A DNA stretch of 64,000 nt. Source: a virus. Positions 1 to 10,300 of this stretch are shown here, in pieces; the stretch's first letter is position 1; each line of letters opens with the position of its first letter. The stretch lies in the IMG/VR virus record IMGVR_UViG_3300037087_000150, positions 21,870-85,869 of that record; one strand, written 5' to 3'. The notes below the pieces were generated by a model. It saw only the letters and a list, made by a program, of their open reading frames with translations. It was not told the origin of the DNA and did not search any database. Made by a program: the position numbers and the translations under genes.

Positions 1-79
1 TCAGACCAGTAGTTAGTTCACCAATCTTTATACCGGGAATGTTGAAAGATTCATTAAATTGTTTCCAATTCTTAATCAT
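1..79 (-). CDS. 5' end of a gene running off the window (MIKNWKQFNESFNIPG...), with CTS-like N-terminus
   Basis: ATG at 79, frame open to window edge; TAATATATA motif upstream at 101-109. Confidence 0.6.
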   Translation of the reverse strand, partial: MIKNWKQFNESFNIPGIKIGELTTGL

Positions 80-114
80 TTTAATTCACTTACTTTTCAG
101 TATATATTAAAATG

Positions 115-990
115 TCAAAACTGGTTTTTATATTCTTCTTTCGTTGGATAAATAAGAGAATCAATTTTAAAAGTGAAGTGACCATTTTCATTTACATTTT
201 CATTTTTAAACACAAACCAAGTTTTATCAGTATCATTCCAAAACGAAAACATATCTACCTTTTGATATCCCTTACTTGGAACATTTGGAAAACTTAAAAA
301 ATTGACATCTTTTATAATGGTAGTAAAACTTTTCGATTGTACGGAAAGATTGTCGGCCAAGAAGTCCTGACCATCTTTTATATCCTCGAATTGACCCATT
401 TTACTTTTTTCGAAATGTTTATATCCTAAAATTTTTTCGAAATGATTAATAGATTCATATTCGGCCATTTCACCCAGAAAATAAGTCCATGCCAAAGAAC
501 CCATTATTTCTGAAAATATTTCTGGATCATCACCATATGGAGTTAAAATATTCTTCGATTCTATTATTAAATATTTTTCTAATAATCCCCAAGATAATCT
601 ATTGTTTTTCATGGTATTATTATCTATTCCAATGGAAAAATTCAAATCAACATTATGCTTTTCCATTATATAGTCAACAATTATAGATGTAGTTGAATAA
701 TGAGTATCTATTTTATTCAATAAAGACCAAGGAGTATCCATCATATTGTATTCATCTCTGTAAAATTTTTCTTGTCTTTCACCTAAAACCATTTTAATAT
801 TTTCTAAGGAATATCCAGTATTTATTATCCCATATCTATCCCCATTTAATTTATTCCATTTACCAAGAGGTAAATAAATACCTCTACATAATTTTTCTAA
901 AATTGAATCAATGTATAATTGTCCAAAATTGGTATTTCTAATTTTAATTTGATAAAAATTATTTTTCCAAAAATCAGGATCGTATTTCAT
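115..990 (-). CDS. Hypothetical protein (291 aa)
   Basis: Long ORF at end of a co-oriented operon; no motif recognised. Confidence 0.6.
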   Translation of the reverse strand: MKYDPDFWKNNFYQIKIRNTNFGQLYIDSILEKLCRGIYLPLGKWNKLNGDRYGIINTGYSLENIKMVLGERQEKFYRDEYNMMDTPWSLLNKIDTHYSTTSIIVDYIMEKHNVDLNFSIGIDNNTMKNNRLSWGLLEKYLIIESKNILTPYGDDPEIFSEIMGSLAWTYFLGEMAEYESINHFEKILGYKHFEKSKMGQFEDIKDGQDFLADNLSVQSKSFTTIIKDVNFLSFPNVPSKGYQKVDMFSFWNDTDKTWFVFKNENVNENGHFTFKIDSLIYPTKEEYKNQF

Positions 991-999
991 TAAATATTA

Positions 1000-1407
1000 T
1001 TACTTTATTTTTGTATGCGTCCTTCCATCCATCCAGTATGATGCCGAACCATAATAAACTGTTATCTCAGTATTAGGTTCAATATCCTTAATTGTTTCAA
1101 AAATAAATATATCATTTTCTTCATCAGTATACCACCAAGCATTGAAATTTTCGGAATGATTATAAATACAAGCCATTCCAAAAGGAATAACTTGTTTTCT
1201 CCAAGGACCTTTTCCAGATGGAAAATTGAAACGATAATCAATAAAAAGTGATGATGATTCGTTTGGTGACATAGGAATTTCAATATATGGAACTTCTTCC
1301 AATATCTCCCCCTTATTTATATGTTCTCGTGCAAAAACTCCCCAGCGATGAATCGGTGAACGACGCATTTCAATTTTGGGATTAATATATAAAACATCTT
1401 TTATCAT
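1000..1407 (-). CDS. SET-domain protein-lysine methyltransferase
   Basis: SPIHRWGVFA, IYNHS and IKDIEPNTEITVYYG match SET motifs. Confidence 0.88.
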   Translation of the reverse strand: MIKDVLYINPKIEMRRSPIHRWGVFAREHINKGEILEEVPYIEIPMSPNESSSLFIDYRFNFPSGKGPWRKQVIPFGMACIYNHSENFNAWWYTDEENDIFIFETIKDIEPNTEITVYYGSASYWMDGRTHTKIK

Positions 1408-2348
1408 ATGAATAACGGGTGATTTGTTTCTAATAAATCTTTGTATGTTTTATTTATACCTTCCTCTAATTTTATTTTCGGAAACCAACCCATTGACATT
1501 AACTTATTGGAATCCAGAAATTTTCTTGGTGTTCCATTTGGATATTTTATGTTAAAAATAATACGACCATCATAACCCACAATATCCTTAATTATCCAAG
1601 CTAAATCTTCAATCGTAATTTCTTGACCGCTACCAACATTTATTACATCACCACTATCATAATTCTCCATTAAGAATAATGCAGCATCAGCCAAATCCGA
1701 TACATGAAGAAATTCTCGTAATGGTGTACCATCTCCCCAAAGTTCAACACAATCCAATCCTTGATTTTTTGCATCATGAAACTTTTTAATCATTCCCGGT
1801 AAAACATGGGAAGTTTTCGGATCGTAATTATCATTTACACTACCATATAAATTAGTTGGCATTAATGAAATATAATTCGTTCCGTATTGAGAATTATATT
1901 TCTGACACATAATAATACCAGCAATCTTAGCAATGGCATATCCTTCATTGGTTTTTTCCAATGGGGATGTCAATAAATATTCTTCATTTATAGGTTGTGG
2001 ACAATCCCTTGGATAAATACAACTTGATCCCAGAAATAATAGTTTCTTTACCTTATTCAAATAAGAGGAATGTATAATGTTTGTTTCTATCGTCAGATTA
2101 GAATAAATGAATTCAGCTGGATAAGTTAAATTGGCATAAATACCACCTACTTTAGCGGCTGAAATAAAAACATAATCGGGTTTATATTTTTCAAAAAAAT
2201 CTTCAACTTCATTTTGACGGGTGAGATCTAAATCTGAATGAGTCATGGTTATTATATTGTTATAACCATCTTCCCTTAATTTTTTAACCAACTCAGACCC
2301 AACTAATCCTCTATGACCTGCTACATAGATTTTACTGTCTTTATTCAT
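1404..2348 (-). CDS. fcl: GDP-L-fucose synthase
   Basis: AGHRGLVGS, AAKVGGI, LGSSCIYP, YAIAK, WGDGTPLREFLHVSDLA. Confidence 0.96.
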   Translation of the reverse strand: MNKDSKIYVAGHRGLVGSELVKKLREDGYNNIITMTHSDLDLTRQNEVEDFFEKYKPDYVFISAAKVGGIYANLTYPAEFIYSNLTIETNIIHSSYLNKVKKLLFLGSSCIYPRDCPQPINEEYLLTSPLEKTNEGYAIAKIAGIIMCQKYNSQYGTNYISLMPTNLYGSVNDNYDPKTSHVLPGMIKKFHDAKNQGLDCVELWGDGTPLREFLHVSDLADAALFLMENYDSGDVINVGSGQEITIEDLAWIIKDIVGYDGRIIFNIKYPNGTPRKFLDSNKLMSMGWFPKIKLEEGINKTYKDLLETNHPLFI

Positions 2349-2359
2349 TCCATAGTCTC

Positions 2360-2476
2360 TTATTTTTTAAACAAAGATTGTAAAACCTCGATGTTTTTCT
2401 TTATGAGTTTTTTAATTGCTCTTTTGTTTTCTGGATTTTTTCTCCATCTTTTCGGTTGTTTTCTTGCTTTTCCCAT
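2360..2476 (-). CDS. Small basic protein (38 aa, MGKARKQPKRWRKNPENK...)
   Basis: Fills the gap between co-oriented genes; below ORF-track cutoff. Confidence 0.5.
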   Translation of the reverse strand: MGKARKQPKRWRKNPENKRAIKKLIKKNIEVLQSLFKK

Positions 2477-2477
2477 T

Positions 2478-2798
2478 TTATTTTATTTTGTTTTTTAATT
2501 CATCTTGTAATCCTTTACAATCCATTGCTAAATCTATAAATTCATTCCAGTTAAAATCAGGGCCAACACTTCCCAATTTATTATGAAGTTCGATCAACAT
2601 ATTTTTAGTTTGTTCCAGTATATAATTTTCATCCATTTCTATACTGTTTTTATGCCAAAGTTTAAAATCATCACCATTTTTGAAACTATCAAGGATGGTC
2701 ATATTTTCTAACTTACATCTATCTGGTAATCTATGTAAATCCAAAAACCAATTTACAAAATCAATTACCTTTTCATTTGTCCAGTGATACGGTTTCAT
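2478..2798 (-). CDS. Hypothetical protein
   Basis: Tightly packed ORF in operon. Confidence 0.55.
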   Translation of the reverse strand: MKPYHWTNEKVIDFVNWFLDLHRLPDRCKLENMTILDSFKNGDDFKLWHKNSIEMDENYILEQTKNMLIELHNKLGSVGPDFNWNEFIDLAMDCKGLQDELKNKIK

Positions 2799-2800
2799 AT

Positions 2801-3061
2801 TTATAAATTTTTATAATTATATGGGTCATAAATATTAATTGTATTTTTCATATTAAAAACCGAAACATGCATCAGTATTAAATCTGGTTTAGTTATAATA
2901 TTTTCTATTCCACATTTAAATTGACTAACCAATGTTTCTGTTTTATTAATCTTATCTAATAATATTTCATAACAGTATAAACCATTCAATACACTTTTAT
3001 CAATATAATGAAGAGACTCATTCTTTCTTTTGCTTCCTGATAACAATAAATAATTTTCCAT
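2801..3061 (-). CDS. Hypothetical protein
   Basis: Tightly packed ORF in operon. Confidence 0.5.
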   Translation of the reverse strand: MENYLLLSGSKRKNESLHYIDKSVLNGLYCYEILLDKINKTETLVSQFKCGIENIITKPDLILMHVSVFNMKNTINIYDPYNYKNL

Positions 3062-3471
3062 TATTCTTCCTCCTCGTATAATTTAATTTGTTTCAAATCC
3101 TTATCTAAATCCTTTTTAAAGAATTGAATTAAAAATTTCATTTCTTCATTATTCAAATTATATCTTTGTGCTATTTTATCGTAATCTTTATCTTTTTTGA
3201 CTTTCGTGGTATCTTTCTTACTTTTTGTACTCCAATACCATCCGGGAATCCCTTTTTGATCTTTAAATACAATAAACCATTGATCAATAGCCATTGATTT
3301 ATCAATGAATTTATTATTGAGTAATTGAGCTATTTTTGGATATTTCTTAGCGAATTTTCTATTTATGATGAAAAACGAATTTATCTTGTCATCATCGGTT
3401 AGTTCACTGTATTTGTGTTTGTTCACGAAAATACAATCAACTACCTCCATCCATTTATTCCAATCTGCCAT
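3061..3471 (-). CDS. Probable sliding-clamp loader small subunit (T4 gp62-like)
   Basis: FFIINRKFA, QWF and W-x-x-K pattern and size recall gp62; start moved to ATG 3471 behind AAACATT-N14-CTATAA. Confidence 0.5.
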   Translation of the reverse strand: MADWNKWMEVVDCIFVNKHKYSELTDDDKINSFFIINRKFAKKYPKIAQLLNNKFIDKSMAIDQWFIVFKDQKGIPGWYWSTKSKKDTTKVKKDKDYDKIAQRYNLNNEEMKFLIQFFKKDLDKDLKQIKLYEEEE

Positions 3472-3501
3472 ATTTATTATAGTCAAAAAATGATGAAATG
3501 T

Positions 3502-3870
3502 TTAACTTACAATAAATTCTACATTATATCCTTTGATGACAAATTCCAAAACTAAAATGTCTTGGACTGACCCCTCATAAACATTAATTGTCAATGTATA
3601 TCCCATAGTATCCAGTTCGGGAATATAAGTAGTTATCTGATTTACAATCAAAGTACGGAGATCTTTTACGGAAACACTGGTTTGCCAAAGGTAAAATTCC
3701 AAATCAGCTCCAAAATCTGGCTGTCCATATACTTCTCCCGTTCTCGTAAATAACAACATTTCTAATTTTTGAACGATGACATTTATAACATCGTTCTCAA
3801 CCATCTTATTCACTACATATTTTACACTGTCTGTGCCCTTGATATAAAAATCTTTGAAATCTGGATTCAT
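3502..3870 (-). CDS. Baseplate wedge protein, gp25/GPW family
   Basis: LFTRTGEVYGQPDFGADLEFYLW is the gp25-family T-x-x-GE...P-x-FG motif. Confidence 0.8.
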   Translation of the reverse strand: MNPDFKDFYIKGTDSVKYVVNKMVENDVINVIVQKLEMLLFTRTGEVYGQPDFGADLEFYLWQTSVSVKDLRTLIVNQITTYIPELDTMGYTLTINVYEGSVQDILVLEFVIKGYNVEFIVS

Positions 3871-3917
3871 CTTTGACTGACCTTTTCTTTATATATATTA
3901 AAAAATATCCGACCCAG

Positions 3918-4184
3918 ATGTTAAGTGTATCAGTTGTTGACTATATTGGAAAAATAAAAGATGGACTAGCTATTTTAATGTCCTTAAATGTTGATGATAA
4001 AATATATGAGCTAATTTTCTGGTTTAACAGAACATTAAATTATACATTAACAGTTGATGAAAAATTGTTGACAGATTTGGGATTGGATAGTATTTATGAT
4101 TATCCACATACCGATAAATTAATTGATCTGATTTTCAAATCTCTCCCTCCAGTAAAAGATTTATTTAAAGAATTCAATATTTGA
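3918..4184 (+). CDS. Hypothetical protein
   Basis: ORF; ATG 3918 downstream of TATATATA box. Confidence 0.5.
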   Translation: MLSVSVVDYIGKIKDGLAILMSLNVDDKIYELIFWFNRTLNYTLTVDEKLLTDLGLDSIYDYPHTDKLIDLIFKSLPPVKDLFKEFNI

Positions 4185-4190
4185 AAACAT

Positions 4191-4221
4191 TTTTTTATTT
4201 CAGACAAATGTTGTATATTTG
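4191..4221 (+). promoter_or_regulatory. Bacteroidota-type (early) promoter TTTTTTATT-N14-TATATTTG
   Basis: TAnnTTTG -7 consensus; same bipartite motif at six other intergenic sites. Confidence 0.65.
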
Positions 4222-4239
4222 TTTCTCAAATCTGAAACC

Positions 4240-5181
4240 ATGAGTGAAGAAATACAGAAAAGGTACAAAATAAATGAATCCTTGAAAAAGGTTGTTAATG
4301 ATGTCCTTAATACAGATCCATTAGCAGTGGCTGAAGAAATAACTGGTGAAAGTTATAAGGAAAGTAAAGCCACCGCATCGCTTGGACTCCTTTTTCATAT
4401 GGAAAATGCCAAGCAAAGAAAAGATCTCATGGAAGCAATGGGGGATGTCTGTTTTTCCGAATCTGTTGACAGTTACCTTAATAAAATTATGAAATTTGGT
4501 TTTAAAATTGTTCTTGAAACTCCTTTCATTACTCATGATGATCATAATAATGGTAATCATGAAAAACAGTATATTCTTTTTCATTATGATTATTCAATTC
4601 TTCTTGTATTTGATACATACGGAGGAAAAAGTGTAAATGGAGGAAATTTTTATTTCAATTGGTCCCCCAATGATTTTTGTAATTATTCCAGTTTACATCA
4701 TATGTCGGGTGGATTCGCTTCTCATGCATCTCACGGTGAATCTCGTAGAACCTATACTCATATTTGGAATCGTTGGACAAACGAAAACGATATCATCGTT
4801 TCTGATTTTTCACCTCACAAAATACCACAATATCTTTTGGATGGTGAGCCCGAATGGAATGATTTTTCTGATGATGGTTATAAAACATGGAAAATTCTTG
4901 ATCGTGAATGGAACGAAAAGGTTATGTCGTACATTAAAGAGCATAATCTTGGTTCAGTCTATGTTGGTCATAAAGATTGTAGGGAAGCTGTTCTTTTCAG
5001 TATTACCGACATGGTTGAAAATGGAATTTTTCTAAAAAAATGGGTTGATAGAGGATTTATTTGGTTGTGTCATCATGGGGAGACCACCGGCCAATATGAT
5101 TCTAAAAGTATTTTCAAAGAAAGATTCGCTCAATTACCAAAGGATGTTCAAGACGCGATGACCCCAACTATTTTTGTATAA
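4240..5181 (+). CDS. Hypothetical protein
   Basis: Long ORF behind host-type promoter. Confidence 0.65.
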   Translation: MSEEIQKRYKINESLKKVVNDVLNTDPLAVAEEITGESYKESKATASLGLLFHMENAKQRKDLMEAMGDVCFSESVDSYLNKIMKFGFKIVLETPFITHDDHNNGNHEKQYILFHYDYSILLVFDTYGGKSVNGGNFYFNWSPNDFCNYSSLHHMSGGFASHASHGESRRTYTHIWNRWTNENDIIVSDFSPHKIPQYLLDGEPEWNDFSDDGYKTWKILDREWNEKVMSYIKEHNLGSVYVGHKDCREAVLFSITDMVENGIFLKKWVDRGFIWLCHHGETTGQYDSKSIFKERFAQLPKDVQDAMTPTIFV

Positions 5182-5196
5182 TTAAAACAATCCTAA

Positions 5197-5499
5197 TTAT
5201 TCTGGTGGAAGATTCTCTTTGTAATCACCCAGAGTTTCTTTTTCTTCCTTATCTTTGAGATAGTTTAAATGATTTTTGAGGTATTCCCTTACATCTATGT
5301 GATATTGTTTCCTGCCTCTTTCCAAAGTAAATATAGGTTTTCTTGTTCCTCTTATAAGAAATAGGGTTTTTCCAAATGGAACAATTATTGGTCCATAACC
5401 TGTCCATTCCGTAAATACAAGAGTTCCATCTTCTTTACGGTAATACTTTACATCCTCAATTCTTAAATTGAAATTTTTGGCTTTATCAATTTTCATCAA
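5197..5499 (-). CDS. Hypothetical protein
   Basis: ORF preceded by TAATATATA. Confidence 0.55.
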   Translation of the reverse strand: MMKIDKAKNFNLRIEDVKYYRKEDGTLVFTEWTGYGPIIVPFGKTLFLIRGTRKPIFTLERGRKQYHIDVREYLKNHLNYLKDKEEKETLGDYKENLPPE

Positions 5500-5508
5500 G
5501 AGTATATA

Positions 5509-6561
5509 TTAAACCGCATACTCAAGAATTTTTCCTGTAAAACTTTTTAATTCAATGCTATCTTCATCTTCACCGAGAATCGTTTCTGGATAAACTGGTA
5601 TTTTTCCATATTTTGTATCAACGATAAATGTTGGAATTGCATATCCACTCGTGAATCCTCTTAATCCAGATATAATTTCAATACCTTTCTTAATAGTTGA
5701 ACGGAAATGAGAAGAACCAAGAATTTTATCACACGCGTAAATATAATATGGACTGACACGAATTTTTAATAATTCGTGCATCAATTTCTTCATGGTTTCA
5801 ACATCATCATTGATCCCCTTTAATAAAACAGTTTGGCTTCTCAATGGAATACCAGCATCGGCTAATTTATTACAAGCGTCAGCACATTCTTTGGTTATTT
5901 CCAACGGATGGATGAAATGGATCGAAATATAAAGAGGGTGATACTTTTTCAACATATCACATAGTTCATCGGTAATCCTTTGTGGCATCACTACGGGAAC
6001 TTTTGTACCAATACGAATCATCTCAACATGATTTATATTCCTGACTTTTTTAAGAATATATTCTAAGCTTTCGGTTGACATTGTTAATGGATCACCACCA
6101 GATATCAAAACATCTCTTATCTCTGTATGATTTCTGATATATTCAATACTATTATCTATTTGTTGTTTTGAATAATTGGTATGTCCACCCACTACTCTTG
6201 ATCGGGTACAATAACGACAATAAGTTGAACAAAAATTTGTTACGGTAAATAACACTCTGTCTGGATATTTGTGAACTAAACAAGTTCCCTTAACACTATG
6301 TGCTTCTTCTTCCAATGGATCTTTGGATTCATCTGGAGAATAAAATCTTTCATTTATTGTGGGAATAACTGTTTTTCTTAATATGCCTGTGGCATCGTTC
6401 TTAATCAAATTAAGAAAATAAGGAGTGATCCTTAGGGGTAGGTTTGAAATATTATCAATCTTTTCTTCTTCTAACAGATCTAATTCTATTTTTAAATCTT
6501 GTAACTTCTTCACGGAGTTGGATAGTTGCCATTTCCAAGACTCCCAATCGTCTGTTTTCAT
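5509..6561 (-). CDS. kamA: Lysine 2,3-aminomutase-family radical SAM enzyme
   Basis: W-x-WQL start, HKYPDRVL, CSTYCRYCTR (CxxxCxxC), LISGGDPL, QTVLLKGIND, LRGFTSGYAIP, terminal GKIP. Confidence 0.93.
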   Translation of the reverse strand: MKTDDWESWKWQLSNSVKKLQDLKIELDLLEEEKIDNISNLPLRITPYFLNLIKNDATGILRKTVIPTINERFYSPDESKDPLEEEAHSVKGTCLVHKYPDRVLFTVTNFCSTYCRYCTRSRVVGGHTNYSKQQIDNSIEYIRNHTEIRDVLISGGDPLTMSTESLEYILKKVRNINHVEMIRIGTKVPVVMPQRITDELCDMLKKYHPLYISIHFIHPLEITKECADACNKLADAGIPLRSQTVLLKGINDDVETMKKLMHELLKIRVSPYYIYACDKILGSSHFRSTIKKGIEIISGLRGFTSGYAIPTFIVDTKYGKIPVYPETILGEDEDSIELKSFTGKILEYAV

Positions 6562-6809
6562 AATTACCTAATAATTAATTTATTATAAGGGTTTTTTCCT
6601 TTCATTATTTTTATTTTTTAAAACGATTTTAAAACGTTTTTTATATATATTACATTGAAAAATCAATTTTTTGACAGCTATTTATGTAAAAAACTGACTT
6701 CCACTTATTTACTTTATATCATACCATTAAAAATAATTGAAAATAATTAATTGATTTCAACAATTTCTTCATGATTGTGGAGAAATATAGTATGACTTAT
6801 ATTTTTTGT

Positions 6810-7262
6810 TTAAACTTTTTTATCGGTAAATTCTTTATATGTCATCACATTCTCTGTTACCTTTGAATCCAACTGAGCTCCGATCTTGGACATTTCAAGA
6901 GAATATAGTATATTTTGAACAAAACTTTTAAAAGGAATTCCCTTATGTTGTTCGTATTCTATCTCTAAATCCTTTAAATCTTTAACCAAGTGATTGATGT
7001 TTTTTCCTTTACTGAAAAATTTCGTCAACATTGGTTTATATTTCGTTGGATGTATATCTCCCTCTTGTTGTGCTATTATGTCTTTATATTTAGTTTCTAA
7101 TAAATTAAAGATTCTCTCTTTTATTTTTCTTTCACATTGGGATTTTTCTGTTCTTTGTAAACCATTATCCACAATTTCCTCTTTTTCCTCTGGATATTTT
7201 CCTTCGGGTGCTTTTCTTAGTTTGGGAACAAATTTCTCCCTGATTTTATTACGATAGTCCAT
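6810..7262 (-). CDS. Hypothetical protein ending in VMTYKEF motif
   Basis: ORF after CAATATATA box. Confidence 0.6.
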   Translation of the reverse strand: MDYRNKIREKFVPKLRKAPEGKYPEEKEEIVDNGLQRTEKSQCERKIKERIFNLLETKYKDIIAQQEGDIHPTKYKPMLTKFFSKGKNINHLVKDLKDLEIEYEQHKGIPFKSFVQNILYSLEMSKIGAQLDSKVTENVMTYKEFTDKKV

Positions 7263-7347
7263 TCAAAAATCTTTTATTTCTATATATTGATTTTATGAAT
7301 AACAAAAGTCTACTAATATATAACATTTTATCAAAATAAAAAATTAA

Positions 7348-7374
7348 AAACTATATAAACATTCGAATATATAA
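7348..7374 (+). promoter_or_regulatory. Putative phage middle promoter AAACTAT-N14-ATATAA
   Basis: Member of an 11-copy motif with an invariant 14-nt spacer. Confidence 0.55.
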
Positions 7375-7398
7375 TGATTTACAAAAGAATCCTATTAA

Positions 7399-10300
7399 TT
7401 GATGAAGGAAAAAGCTAAAACCATTGAGCAACGATATGTACATTTAGAGCAAAGGGATCAAATTTTATTAAGACCCGATACACAAATTGGAACAGTTTTA
7501 ACAGAAGATAGAAACCTATTCGTTGTTGATGATGTTAATAATATAGAAAATATAAAGATAGTAAATCGATCAGTTAAGTACAATCCGGGATTTTTCAAAA
7601 TAATTGATGAAGTGCTAACAAACGCTTCAGATCATTCCATCAGAACGGGTCAAGTTAAGAATATAAGGGTGATCGTGGAGAATGACCACATAGAAATAGA
7701 GAATGATGGTCCGGGTATTCCTGTCGTAATTCATAAAGAACAGAAATTATATGTTCCAGAAATGACATTCGGTTTACTCCAAACAAGTGAAAATTATGAT
7801 GACACCGTAAAAAGAACTTGGGGTGGAAGAAATGGAATTGGTGCTAAATTAACAAATATCTTTTCGAAAAGATTCATAGTCGAAACAGCGGATGGTAAAA
7901 ATAAATTTTATCAGGAATTCACTGATAATATGTCCAAGAAAACAAAGCCAAAAATAAGATCTCTTAAAAAGAATTACACTAAAATAACATTCTATCCTGA
8001 TTTCGAAAGATTTGGAATACAAGAAATCGATGATGAAATAAAATCAGTTATAGTAAGAAGATGTGTTGATATAGCTGTTTATTCTGGTGTGAAAGTGTTT
8101 TATAATGGTATTCAAATACCGATCAAGAATTTTAAAGATTACATGAAGATGTTCGTAGATGATACCGCTGAACTATTCACTGAGAAACTCGATGAAAATT
8201 GGGAAATCGGGGTATCCAAATCAGTTGATGGTGGTTTTAATCAAATATCAATGGTTAACGGATTATCCACAAACAGGGGTGGTACTCATGTAAATTATAT
8301 CAGTAATCAACTTACAAAATCAGCACAGGAATTATTAGCTAAGAAATATAAGAACCTGAACATAAAACCAAATGATATAAAAAACAACATCTTTCTCTTT
8401 GTTAATACAAAAGTAATAAATCCGAGTTTTGATGAACAATGGAAAGAAACATTAAACACAAAAGTAAACGGTGATGGTCCGGTATTATCTGAAAAAATTA
8501 TAAAACAATTTACCAATTCGGAAATTGTAGAAGAAGTTATCAGGTTTTTACATATCAAGGAACAAGTTGATACTAAAAAAGAAATTGGTAGACATAAAAT
8601 CAAAATTAGTAAATTAGAGGACGCTAAGAAAGCCGGTACATATGAAAGTGATAAGTGTTATCTGATGTTGTGTGAGGGTGATTCCGCTTCCAACCAAGTT
8701 ATATCTGGATTATCTGAGGTAGACAGTTCTTACTTTGGTATTTTTCCGCTTCGTGGAAAACCATTAAATGTAAGAGAAGTCAATTTAGCGAAAGTTCGTG
8801 AAAATGAAGAAATGAAAAATATTATCAATATCCTTGGTCTGGAATTCGGTAAAAAATATACTGACACATCCAAACTAAGATACGGTAAAGTTGTTTTCTT
8901 CTCTGACCAAGATGTTGACGGTGCTCACATCAAAGGATTATTGATTAATATGATTGATACTTTCTGGCCTGAATTATTAAAATTGGATTTTATTTACGAG
9001 TTCATGACACCAATCATGAAAGTCTATGATGATAAGAAATTCGTTAAATATTTTTATAGGTTAGGTGATTGGGAAAAATATCGAAAAGAAAATGATGTAG
9101 ATAAATACAATAAGAAGTATTTTAAGGGGCTGGGAACGATTGAAGATGAAGAAATGAAGGAATTCTTCAGGAATATGAAAAAACACCTTATACGATTCTA
9201 TTATGACCTCAAATCGAATACAGATGACCTTATCGATTTAGTATTCGAGAAAAAAAGGGCAGATGACAGAAAAGAGTGGATGAAAGCGTATAGTGCTACT
9301 GATTTCATAGATAAATTTACTACTAAACAAACTTATGACAAATTCATCAACAGTGAATTGATGGAATGGAGTATGGCTGATAATAACCGTATGATTCCAA
9401 ATTTAATTGATGGATTTAAACCCGTACAGAGAAAAGTACTTTATTGCTTTCATAAAAAAGGAATAAGGGGTGAAATTAAGGTAACAGCTTTAACTGGAGC
9501 CATCATGGAAAGTTTGGCTTACCATAATGGTGATGTTTCTGGTAATAAGGCAATCATCGGAATGGCTCAAAACTTTGTCGGAACAAACAACTTGAATTTA
9601 ATAATCGGTAAGGGAAACTTTGGTTCGAGATTAAAAGGGGGTGAAAACGCGGCCAGTCCAAGATACATCTTCACGAAGTTGAACGATTTAACCCCTTATA
9701 TTTTCTTAAAAGAAGATTTGGATGTTTTGGATTATCAAACTGATGATGGATCACCAATTGAACCTGTTTATTTTGTACCTATCGTTCCAATGGTTTTAAT
9801 CAATGGGGCAAGTGGTATTGGTTCTGGATATTCAACCAACATTCCAAGTTTTAATCCATCAGAAATCATCACCTATTTATCAAATAAAATAAAAGGTAAG
9901 AAGAATAACATTGAACTAAAACCTTATTATAAGGATTTCAAAGGGGAAATTGTTTTAGATACTGAGAACAGTAGATATGTTTCCAAAGGTATCATGACTA
10001 AAATTTCAGATCACATTTACGACATAACCGAACTTCCTTTATGGACTTGGAACGATTCATATTACGAATATTTGGATAAATTATCAGAAGATGAAAAAGA
10101 CAAGAATGGAAAACTGATAAGAAAAGCATATATTCGTGATTGGATAAAAAATGGTAATGATAAAGATGTCAAAATTAAAATATATCTTCAAAGAGATGTT
10201 CCACCAGAATTCATAGCTAATATCTGGAAAAATCTAAAAATGGAAACTTATATTTCATATAGTAATATGTATCTTTTTGATGAACACAGACAATTAAAAA

